NCBI RefSeq assembly: GCF_009914755.1
Contig: NC_060936.1
Direction: 5' to 3' (one strand)
Source of the DNA: the human T2T-CHM13v2.0 reference genome, Homo sapiens
Length of the DNA: 64,000 bases
This document shows positions 12,701 through 25,728 of the stretch, piece after piece (positions within the stretch are counted from its first letter, which is position 1; each line of letters starts with the position of its first letter). The notes beneath the pieces are model-generated. The model was not told the DNA's origin. It did not search any database and saw only the letters and a program-made list of their open reading frames with translations. Position numbers and translations under genes: made by a program.

Positions 12701-15700
12701 GGTTATAAATAACAAGAAAGTTTTGCAAGGAGTCCATACAAATCTATTGGATTTGTAATCAGTTGGAAACCTGACATAGGTGGAATGGAGAATAGAGTAG
12801 GGTGGAGAGGAAAGATAATGTCTTCACTTAAATTATCCTTATATTGTTGATTTTGTTAGAAAAAGTGTAAACTTGCTGGAAGACATCAAATAAAAGTTTA
12901 AAGTGTATACATGTATAAATAAAAAGTTTTTAGAAATAAAATAAAACTGCTCAGCAGTAATTATAATGTAAGTCAGCATTGCTTTGCAACAAGCTGTGGA
13001 ATGGGACCCTCTCTGGCCCTCAGTTTCTTCAATTATGAAATGATAAGGAGGGAGTATTTAAACGCTAAAGCATTCAAATTCTATAGTTGGTTGAAAATTG
13101 TTTTCTGAGATTTAAATAAACTATGAAATTAACTTTTAAAATGTCAAAAAATAGAAGAAGGATGAATGTACTTAAGTCAAGAAGAAAGGAATGAAAGAAG
13201 TAAAGAAGTTAGGAAGTTAAGAAGACAGGGAGGGAAGGAGAAAGAAAGGGCCATTTAGAAAATCTTGATTTGGTGTTTTCGTCGTTTTGCCAGTTTGTAT
13301 ATAGTTGCTGGAACACAATTACTGTTGTAGCCTCTACTTTGCTTTTGTTCAATTATCCTTATGGTGGCAGAGCTTTTGCAACAAAGAGTGTGTTTCTTTT
13401 TTTCATGCAAGAATTCACTTCTAAGAAGTAAATTAACTGGTTATTTGGGCATCCATGGACAAGACTTTTTTTTTCTGCTAAAGGTTAGGGGAAATCAACA
13501 TTTTTCCACTAATCAGTGAAATTTCATAACTGACACACACCTAGAGTAATTATTCTCCCACAGTTGTTTTGTGAACTCCCTCCCCCAGTCTCACTTTTTT
13601 TATGTGATTTGTCCAGTTGAATTATGCTAAATATTTTCTGGATTTTCAAAACATTTAAGTAGCTAATTTTTACACAGCCTATTGGGCATTTGCTGACTCA
13701 AATTTCCAAGTTAGATGGCTTTTCCTAGCTGATAATTACTTAAGTAAAAGACAAGTAGAAAACTTAGCTTTTATATTTGGTACTTCCATACATCACAAAT
13801 AATAAATTTTATAGAAAATGAAAGCATGTATTCATTGTGTTAATTAATGGGTAAAAATAGAACCCAAAACTAAAATTAGAAAATTATAGTACACTTGCAT
13901 ACACTTTTACACTGGCATATTAAGTGGATCATGTCATATTTTTATCTACAGTTTTACCCAGATTTCTGGAATACAATGCATTTTTCCTTTGATTTAAGGG
14001 TTAAAACTAATGCTACTGGTAATTTCAACACCATCATCCAAGTTCCAGATGTCTCCTTTCAGATACATGCCAAAATTAAATGCAGATTTTGCTAAAACAT
14101 ACAAGCTATTCTTTTAATCTGCAAGCATTTCTAGTTCTTACTAATAAGTTCTTCCATCTTTAATCTACCTTCTACTAATCGTCCACTTATAGCAGCACTC
14201 TCCATTGACCCAGCGATTAAACCCTCAACAGTTAATCCTAGATTCAAACACCTAGAGCTACAGGGTTTTTGTTGTTGTTGTTGCTTTTAATACTTTACTA
14301 ATTCTTAGTAAAGTCTTCCAATTCATTTTCCATTTTCCTGGTGGGAAAAGAGAAACCAATTCACTGCCAAAAGCATTCCATATTAGATACTAAACGAAGT
14401 CAGGTAGCAGCTGTCTAATCTAAACTTTGGTGGATAATTAGCAAATCCAATATCCAAAAGAAACAGGTAATTGTTGTGATTCATGAATTTGTTGCCAGGG
14501 CAGATATTTTACAGCTCAAATATCTTTCCCTAAAGAAGGAAGCTACCTAGAGCTTTGAGCAGTAAAATACTGTTTTCTCCCTATTTAAAGAGAATTGCTG
14601 TTTACTTTGGGGATGTTCTTGGCATTCAGCTACTTTTTTCTTCCTCTTCTTCATATTTTTTCTTGATGATGTTCAGAAAACCTATGAAGTATAAAACTTC
14701 ATTCAGGCAGAAATTCCAACTATTCATCATTGCTTTGATTCATCAGAGTCCAGGAGGACACTGTAGACTGGAATAGTGTGATTTGCAAAGAGGAGTCACT
14801 AACACATTGGGATACCGTAACATGAGGTAAAAACATTTTGTCTATTTGAGGTCGATTTAAGGTAGAGCTTTCCAAATGAGAGAAATCTAACAAAGCACTC
14901 CTTCCAAAGACAAAAAAGTGAAGTAAGGTTTTTTCATCATGCTTTTGGATATTTACTCCATTGCATGCTCCCCACTTCTATTCCAATTTTCTTGTCTCTC
15001 TCACATGCCCAGTTCTCTTGGCACACACTTTCTTCTCTCCTTACACCACCCCGGCTTTCCTACCCTGCCTAAGCTGTGATACTACCTTATTCTTTAAGAC
15101 ACTTTTCTGCCTTTTCTGGTCTGATAAATGCATCTGTGTGTACATATCATTAGAAAGAAATGCCCCTTTGGAACTTCTAATCATTCTGGTCAGTTTTAAA
15201 TACAAACATGAGAAAATGTTATACAAATTTCAGACCTTCTAAAAAAAAAACTTGATGTCCAGGATTGAAGGGGTTTCTCCCATCCAAAGATAGAACTATC
15301 TTTTCCCCTGGCCATTGCTTTTGGAGCCCTGGATAGTTCTCTCCTAAGTCTTATATCCTCTCCAAAGGGCCTTCATATTGCTTGAAGTTCAAAGCAAGTA
15401 AGGAAACAGCTTCTGTTTTGTTTTCTCTTTGCCGTCTTTTCCTAAAACTCACACCATTTTTAATGTCTTGGTAAATATATGTAACAGTGTGTGTGGAAAG
15501 AAATGGGGAGGGAGAAGAGGCAGGTTGAATGACATGAGTGATTCAAAAATAGTGAAAGAGAAAAAAGACATTTTCTGAAATATGATCTTGGATCTTCAAT
15601 GGACGAATATTTTTAAAATCCTAGTTTACTTTTTGTGGAATAGAATCTAAAGGATAAACCAATTTCCAAATTATATGCCAAAATAGAAAAATTACCATAC

Positions 15701-16359
15701 CAAATAGAAGCCAAATTGAACACTTAATTGTATAATTACAAAATATGTATTACATTTGCTTTTCTTCATGTTTGAAGAAACTCCTGTTGGAAAATTGGAT
15801 ACTCTGAGTTAAGAACAAAAACAACAGTGAGACATCTAACATTTATAAGTGCTTACTATGTGTAAGGCATAATTATTTTCCTTTTTATTTTGAAACATTT
15901 TAAAGTTACAAAAGAATTGAAAGAAAACATGTTCATAAAGTCAAAAAGTCTTAGCAACTAACACCAGCATTCCTCTTAAGGAGAATTTTTTTTTTTTTTT
16001 TTTTAGTTTGTGTTTTTTGGTGGAAGTTTCAGAATATTATAACTACCTTGAGAACATGATGTAAAGAGGAAAAAGGCAAAGAGGGAAAAAGTGGGGGGCG
16101 GGGGTGAGAAGAGAGAGAGAGAGAGAGAAGGCTTCCATGAAAAAATCAAGAAGAATGGTAGTAGTAAGAAAGAATGAAGAGAAATGAAGGGACACTGAGG
16201 GGAAAAAAGAATTGACCAAACCATAAAGTAGAATTAAAGTAAGAATTTGAAAAATGAGGATGTCTAATATCCAATTTAACCTGTTTGGATACAACAGGCA
16301 TTTTTATTTTTATTAAATCAGAGACAGGCCAGAGGTCAATATCTTTCCTTGAAATTATG

Positions 16360-16580
16360 AAATAACATGGACTTTGAAGTTAGAGAGTCCTGAGTTCCAG
16401 TCTCATGTTCCAATTCTTGACTTCTTATAAGTCATGTCACCATGATCAGGTTGCTCAGTTTCTGTAAGTTTATTTCCTTAGATGTATACAAGTGAAATCA
16501 CATTTTATAATAATTCTAATAAGTGACAGGCATCAAGTGACATCTGCTCTATGGCAAGTATTCAATAAATAGTCATTCCC
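16360..16580 (+). mobile_element. MIR
   Basis: aacatggactttgaagttagagagtcctgagttccagtc...caagtattcaataaatagtc. Confidence 0.6.
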
Positions 16581-16798
16581 TTTCTGTTATGTTGTATTCT
16601 GTATAATTCAGGTGAATAGAAGCCCAGTGAAGGGTTTCCTTGTGGGGTGCAGAGTCAAGTGAAAGTACTGGAGGAGTGTATGAATTAAGTTTTTCAAGGA
16701 CTTCGATGTCTCAAAAGTGTAAAAAACATAAAATTCATCAAAATTTGGTGCCAGATCTAGTTTTATAAATTATTAATTAACAGCAACTATAATACTAC

Positions 16799-17374
16799 TG
16801 TTATAGTCCTGCCAATGCACCACAATGTAGCAGTCCCTCATTGTAAGGTATCATCTGGAATTCTTTGTCTCATGACCAAGAGAATTAAGAAGCGTGAACA
16901 AAAAAGTGTGAGGTTGGAGCAAAAGTTTAATAAGTGAAAGAAGAAAACTCTCTGCCATGGAGTGGGGGTGCAGAAGAGGGTTGCTGTTTTTACAGTTTAA
17001 TGCAAAGGCTTTTATAAGAAACCCATGAGGGCTCTGTGTCTCATTTGCATAAGGTGTAAATTTCTGGTAGCTCCACCTTGTCCTCGTAATGTACATGCTG
17101 GCCCTTGGCTTGAGTTACTTCATATTGCTTTCTTCTTCTTACTGCGCATGTGTCAGGGGATGGAATTTTTTGACTTACCCAGACATTGCAAGCATGTCTG
17201 GGTAAGTCACCTGTGTAGCCTTTCTTATCTGTGACGCTACAGGCATGTCTTAGGCAAGCCCCCCTGTGCAAGTTCCCCTATCTGTGCCTGCAGGCTGTTC
17301 TTTTGTTTGAAAGAATTCAATTGAGGATCCACCCTAACTTCCTGCCGCACCAGTTTCTTCCTGCTCCTCTCTCA
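16799..17374 (-). mobile_element. ERV1 solo LTR (MER61/LTR20-like group)
   Basis: TG...CA termini; minus strand starts tgagagaggagcaggaagaaactgg; 4-bp TSD ctac/ctat; octamer ATTTGCAT at 17043-17050. Confidence 0.85.
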
Positions 17375-17515
17375 CTATTAATATGTAAATCATATTATAT
17401 ATGACTTCATTTATTATTATTTTCTAACTCTTTATTTTTGGAAGAATTTTAACTCTACAGAAAAGTTGAAAGAAAAGTACTCTTCCTTTATATGTCCTTA
17501 TATATTTCTCTAGAT

Positions 17516-17724
17516 CAGTGGTTCTCAACTAGGGGTGATTTTGCCTCCCAGGGGACATTCAGCAATGTCTGGAGACATTTTTGGTTGTCACAATTGAGGA
17601 TGCTACTTGCATCTGGTCGGCAGAGGCCATGAGTGCCAACAAATATCCTACAATTCACAGAACAGCCTCCCCCTACAACAAAGAATTAAAACAATGTCAA
17701 TAGTCCTGAAGTTCAGAAACCCAG
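17516..17724. mobile_element. MER20 (hAT-Charlie MITE)
   Basis: cagtggttctcaactaggggtgattttgcctcccaggggacatt...gaaacccag; 8-bp flanks ctctagat/atttagat. Confidence 0.9.
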
Positions 17725-17754
17725 ATTTAGATTCACTCATATAGTCTTTCTCTA

Positions 17755-17825
17755 TTAGGTTGAACCATATACAATTGTTGATATACAACTATTTTAGGTG
17801 TGAAACAATGTCAATTTCAAATGAA
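17755..17825. mobile_element. MADE2 (mariner MITE), right end degraded
   Basis: ttaggttgaaccatat..aattg...caatttcaaatg after a TA. Confidence 0.65.
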
Positions 17826-18171
17826 ATATTTTACACATTCGCAGCACTTTTGATATTTGTTTGTGTGTATTCAATCTATTTTTGCTGAACCATTTTAAAG
17901 TAAGTTACAGACATATTTCACTCTTAAGTACTTTAGCATTTATTTAAGAACAAAGATAGTTTCCTACATAAGTGCAACATAATTATCAAAATCAAGATAT
18001 TTAGGATAAATAAAATTATAGTTAATAGGCCATATTACAACGTTCCCAACTGTCCCCCCAAATGTCACTTATACTCCCTCCCTACTTCCAATCCAGTACT
18101 CAATCAGTTCGTCTCATTATTGGTAGGACTACTCTTAATGAAAAACTTTACTGGGATCCCAAAATTGTGAA

Positions 18172-18315
18172 GTTTCCGTGTTTGCAGAAGTTGTAAAACT
18201 AGAAGTGCCAAGCAGATGGAGATGACAGAAAGATCTTAAAAGGTTGTTTAAGTGGGCTGACAAGTGGCAGATGAATTTTAATGCAGACAAGGGTGAGATA
18301 ATACTCCTAAGGATT
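18172..18315 (+). mobile_element. CR1/L3-family LINE reverse-transcriptase fragment
   Basis: One frame reads VSVFAEVVKLEVPSRWR*QKDLKRLFKWADKWQMNFNADKGEIILLR, matching CR1 ORF2 KFADDTKL...LQxDLxxLxxWAxxWxMxFNxxKCxVLH. Confidence 0.8.
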
Positions 18316-19091
18316 ATTTTGCATTTGGATTTCAAAAACCCTAATTAAACTTCTTAATTTTTTCCTTTTTAACTGAGAGTTTTGTACCAAGGCTACTTAA
18401 AGAACAAGGACAAAAGAAGTCTTTAAAAGATTACTCATTCCTCTCTCCAGCTCTATTTGTTCAGAAAATTAACACCAGAAAAGGAAGCTGTGTAAAGGAG
18501 GGAACTTATGCCTGTTTTAGCTGGTTCTTGAAGTAATAAATTCCAATTCTGATAGCTAATATTACAAACCTGTACAGTTTTCCTACGCTCAGAGGTGAAT
18601 GAATGAAACACTTGAGCATCATCAGTGAGACTGATCTGTATGTGTTGGCATACTTAAGGTTTGTATTCTCTCAGTTGAATGTAGGCTGAATTATTAACTG
18701 ATAGGTCTTGATCTATCCATTCTAGCTGTTAAACTCTTACCAAAGATGGGGGTCTTGTCTTCCTCCATCAATGTGTGGGTCTTCCATTTTCTCTGTAATC
18801 TGGCCTCCTGGCATTGATAGCAAATTTTCTTTTAGTATTTCAGATAATTTCTTAATAGCTCTCCCATCCACACCAACCACTGGAAATAGCATTTCTAACA
18901 AGGGCTCTTTTATCATCTTAGTTTGCATAGTATGCATATATGTATATATGTATTCTATGAAAACATTTTAGGTGTACATATATACTATAATATAAATAAA
19001 TTTCTATTTTTTGGTTATCCTAAAAATAAACCACACTCATAAGCAGCATTTTTTATGGTCTTTCAAATTTACCATTACAAAATATTATAGG

Positions 19092-19511
19092 TAAAGGCCA
19101 ATACAATTTAATGGGGAAAAAGAAGAGTGTTTTAAACAAATGGTGTTGGGACAACTGAATATCTACATGCAAAAGCACAAATTTCGACCCCTACCTTATA
19201 CCATACATAAACATTAATTCAGAGTGGGCCACAGACTTAAATGTAAGAGCTAAAATGATAAAGACCTTAGACAAACATACAGGAATACATCTTCATAATC
19301 TTGGGTTAGGTAATAATTTCTTTGATGTGATACCAAAAGCACAGGTGATAAAAGGGAAGAATGATAATTTGGACCTCATTAAAATTTAAAACACTTTTGC
19401 TTCAAGGAATACCATCAAGAAAGTGAAAAGACGATCAATGTAATGAAAGAAAATATTTGCATATTATATATCTGATAAGAGACTTATATCCAGAATATAT
19501 AAAGAATTATT
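19092..19511 (+). mobile_element. L1MB-like ORF2 3' region (outer host; continues at 21421-21448 and 30113-30600)
   Basis: aacaaatggtgttgggacaactg...ccagaatatataaagaatt; resumes colinearly after the nested inserts. Confidence 0.85.
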
Positions 19512-19519
19512 GGCTAGGC

Positions 19520-21106
<1,587 letters not shown>

Positions 21107-21117
21107 AAAGAATTTTT

Positions 21118-21521
<404 letters not shown>

Positions 21522-23686
21522 CTATCCACAGACAAGAATACCCTAGTGAATATCTTAGAACTCAGGAGTGAGGCTGGGATACCTCCATAGACCACAGAAC
21601 TGAGAACAGCAGCACATAAAGGTTAAGAGGAGCAACTTTAATTTCACTTAGACCATACTGCCCCTCCCTCAATCCAGCACAGCAGTTTGCTGAGACTCCA
21701 CTGTTTTTACAGAAGAAGAGAGTTGAAGGTGAACATTCAGCTTCCCTACCAGTCTGGGACCCTTCTCAGGAGGTACTCTCTTGTCTCCCTGCCACACACA
21801 TAGGAAACATTGGTGGTACAGGCAGCACTAGATCACCTGGGGTCAGTTAGAATCAAAGTACAAGGATGGTGCTCACAGAAACTAATGTAAGGATATTGGC
21901 AGTTGCTCGGCATTCCAGCCAGTTGGAGGCATACCATCAGAGAGGCTAGCCAACAATATTGTGTTGCAGGAAGCACGGCTGATGGTTCTCCTAGGCTGGA
22001 ATCCTTGACTGCTACTACACCCAGCCCTAGCGCTCTCCTTGAAACTTCCCCAGGCCATAAGATAGGGGCAAGTCAGTGATTATTTGCACAAGGAGCCTCT
22101 GGTATTGCTTGGTCTCAGTTGCCAAGCTTCAACCCAGCCAAGCCCCAGTGAGCTCCTCAACCCTTCCCTAGCCTGGAAAACAGGGGGAAAGTGGTGATTA
22201 GCTTTGGAGGAAGCATCTGGCCCTGCCCAAACTCAGTGGCCAAGTGGCTAAAATATCAAGCCTTGATGATCTGCTTAAGGTTACCTAGAAAAGGAAGCAA
22301 GCCCTCCTTGTATCTGTGGAGCATAGCCTCCGCCCTACCCACCCTGAGTGGTTGAGTAGCAATCCCAGAGATCTGGCTCTGCCTTGGAGTCCAGCACATG
22401 GCCCTACCAAACTACAGATCTCAAATGATAGTACTGGTTGCCCAGGGAAGAAAACCTACAACATAGCCTGATCAGGGGTGATAGCAGATCCTAGATAGTA
22501 GCTCTGCCTCACTGCAAGAGTTCAGCCTGTGATTTCACCAGACTATGGAGAACAGCCTGCATTTCCACTTGACCCAGAACATAGTTAACAGCTCATCCCA
22601 ATTAGAGAACACCACAGCAAAGTCTGTCTGTCTGGGTTTGCCACCAACTGGCTCAATTAGAATCACAGGCTAGACTACATAGTGAATGTCCACTGCTACC
22701 AAAGGCTAGAAGAGTTGTCTGTTTCCTCAAATATGCAGACAACAACACAAGGACACAATAATAAAAAATTAGGACAATACGGCACCACCAAAAGAAACTA
22801 ATAAACCTCTAATAACAGACTCTAAAGAAAAGGAGATCTATGAAATGACTGACAAACTATTCAAAATAATCCTCTTAAAGAAGTTCAGGGAACTATAGGA
22901 AAATGCAGATAGAAAATTAAATAAAATTGCAAAACAATTCTTTAACAAAAAGAGAAGTTTGACAAAGAAATAAAAACAATTAAAAACCTAAATAGAAATG
23001 TTAGAGGCAAAGAATACAATCATTGAACTGCAAAATTTAATAGATTCAAGAGCAGACCTGATCAAGCAGAAGAAAGCATCAGTGAACTAGAAGATGGGAT
23101 ATTTAAAATTATTTAGTCAGAGGGGTCAAAAGAAGAAAAAGAATAAAAAAAGAAAAGGTCTCATGGGAATTACGAGACAACATCAACAGAACTAACCGAT
23201 GCATATTAAGAGTCACTGAAACAACAGAGAAAAAATACCAGAAAAAGATGATAACATCCAGGTACAGAAAGTTCAGAGGTCTCCAATCAAATTCAACTCA
23301 GAGAAATTCAAAAGGATACATCGTGATGAAATTATCAAAAGACAAAGACAAAGAAAGAATACTGAAAGCAGCAATAGATAAGAAACACAATCACATTTAA
23401 AGAAGTCCCAATATCAGAGGATTTCTTAGCAGAAACACTGGAGGCCAGGAGAGAATGGGATGATAGATTCAAAGTGCTGAAGGAAAGAAACCAAGCATCA
23501 AAGAATACTTTGCCTGGCAAAGCTGTCATTCAAAAATGAGGGACAAATAAAAACACCCAGATAATCAAAAGCTAAGACAATTCATCACCATTAGGCCCAT
23601 ACAACAGGAATTGCTAAGGAAGTTTATTAAGTTGAAATGAGCAGCTGATAACTAATAATGTAAAACAAACGAAAATAAAAAAAACA

Positions 23687-23982
<296 letters not shown>

Positions 23983-24123
23983 CTAAATGGCATATGGAAT
24001 ACATAGTCATATTCAGAATACTTTAAAACTATAAACATTGTGTGTATAACAATTTTATTTTTACTACTAGGGTTAAAAAGATAAAACTATTAAAAACAAC
24101 TGTAGTTATAATAAATTGTTAAG

Positions 24124-25264
24124 TATGATGCTAGGAAAACTGAATATTCACATGCAGAATAATGAAACTAGACCCCTATCTGTCAGAATATACAAAAAAA
24201 AACACCTCTAAATTGATTAAAGACTTAAATGTAAGACCCAAAACTATGAAAGTACTAGAAGAAAACATAGGGGAAATGCTTCATTACATTGGACTGGGCT
24301 AGAATATATTATATATATATGCAATTGACCATTGAACCACATGGGGGGAATTAGCGGTACTGACTCCTTATGCAGTAGAAAAATTTGTATATAGCTTTTG
24401 ACTCCTCCAAAACTTAACTACTAATAGCCTACTCTTGACTAGAAGCCTTACTGATAAGATACACAGTCAATTAACACATATTTTATATGTTATATGTATT
24501 ATATACTGTATTCTTAGAATGAATCAAGCTAGATAATATAAAATCTTATTAAGAAATCTATAAGAGAGAGAAAATATATTTATTCACTAAGTGAAAGGTC
24601 TTCATCCTCATCTTCTTCATCTTGAGTAGGCTGAGGAGGAGAAATAAGAGGAGGGGTTGGTCTTGCTGTGATTTCAGGATGGCAGAGGCAAAAGAAGATC
24701 CTTGTATAACTGTCTCTGCACAGTTCAAATGTGGTTTAAAGGGCAACTGTACATTGGAATACTATTCAGCCATAAAACAGAATGAAATCCTGTAATTTGC
24801 AGTTACATGAATGAACCTGGATGACATTATATTAAGTGAAATAAGCCAGGCACAAAAAGATAAATAGTGCCAATTCTCATTCATACATAGAATTTAGGAA
24901 AGTTGATCTCATAGAAGTAAAGAGTAGAATAGTGGTTACCAGAGGCTGGTGAGGGTACGGAGGAGGGAAGAATGGAAAGAGGTTGGTCAACAAATGTGAA
25001 GTTATAGTTTGACAGAAAGAATAAGTTATGGTGTTCTGTTGCACAATAGGGCAACTATAGATAATAGTAATGTATTGCATATTTCAAGATAGCTAAGAGA
25101 GAGGATTTTGAAAGCCATCACCACAAATAAATTATAAATGTTTAAAGTGATAGATATGCTAATTACCCTGATATAATCGTCATACAATATATGCATGTAT
25201 TGAAACAGCTCACTGTACTAGGCATATAGTATAGTTATTATGTGTCAATTATAAGTAAAACAAA
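24124..25264 (+). mobile_element. 5'-truncated L1MA5-like insertion in the inter-ORF region of the full-length L1MA
   Basis: Perfect 14-bp TSD aataaattgttaag (24110-24123 / 25265-25278); ORF2 3' part and complete 3' UTR. Confidence 0.9.
24322..24749. mobile_element. Tigger2a (MER28)-like DNA transposon
   Basis: TIR caattgaccattgaa ... taaagggcaactg followed by ta; reverse complement of the copy at 44100. Confidence 0.88.
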
Positions 25265-25410
25265 AATAAATTGTTAAGAAATACAAATGATAAAAAAGTA
25301 AATTTTGACAGTAAAGCATAAAAGGTGGGGGGAAGGAGTGAAAGTGTAGAGTTCTGTTTGCAATTAAAGTTAAGTTGTTAACAGCTTAAAATAACCTATT
25401 TGAAGTTTAA

Positions 25411-25728
<318 letters not shown>

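Larger units (their letters stand above)
17410..18130 (-). mobile_element. L1MC4/5-like 3' UTR, host of MER20 and MADE2
   Basis: ttttggaagaattttaactctacagaaaagttg...ctgaaccattttaaagtaagttacagacat. Confidence 0.6.
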
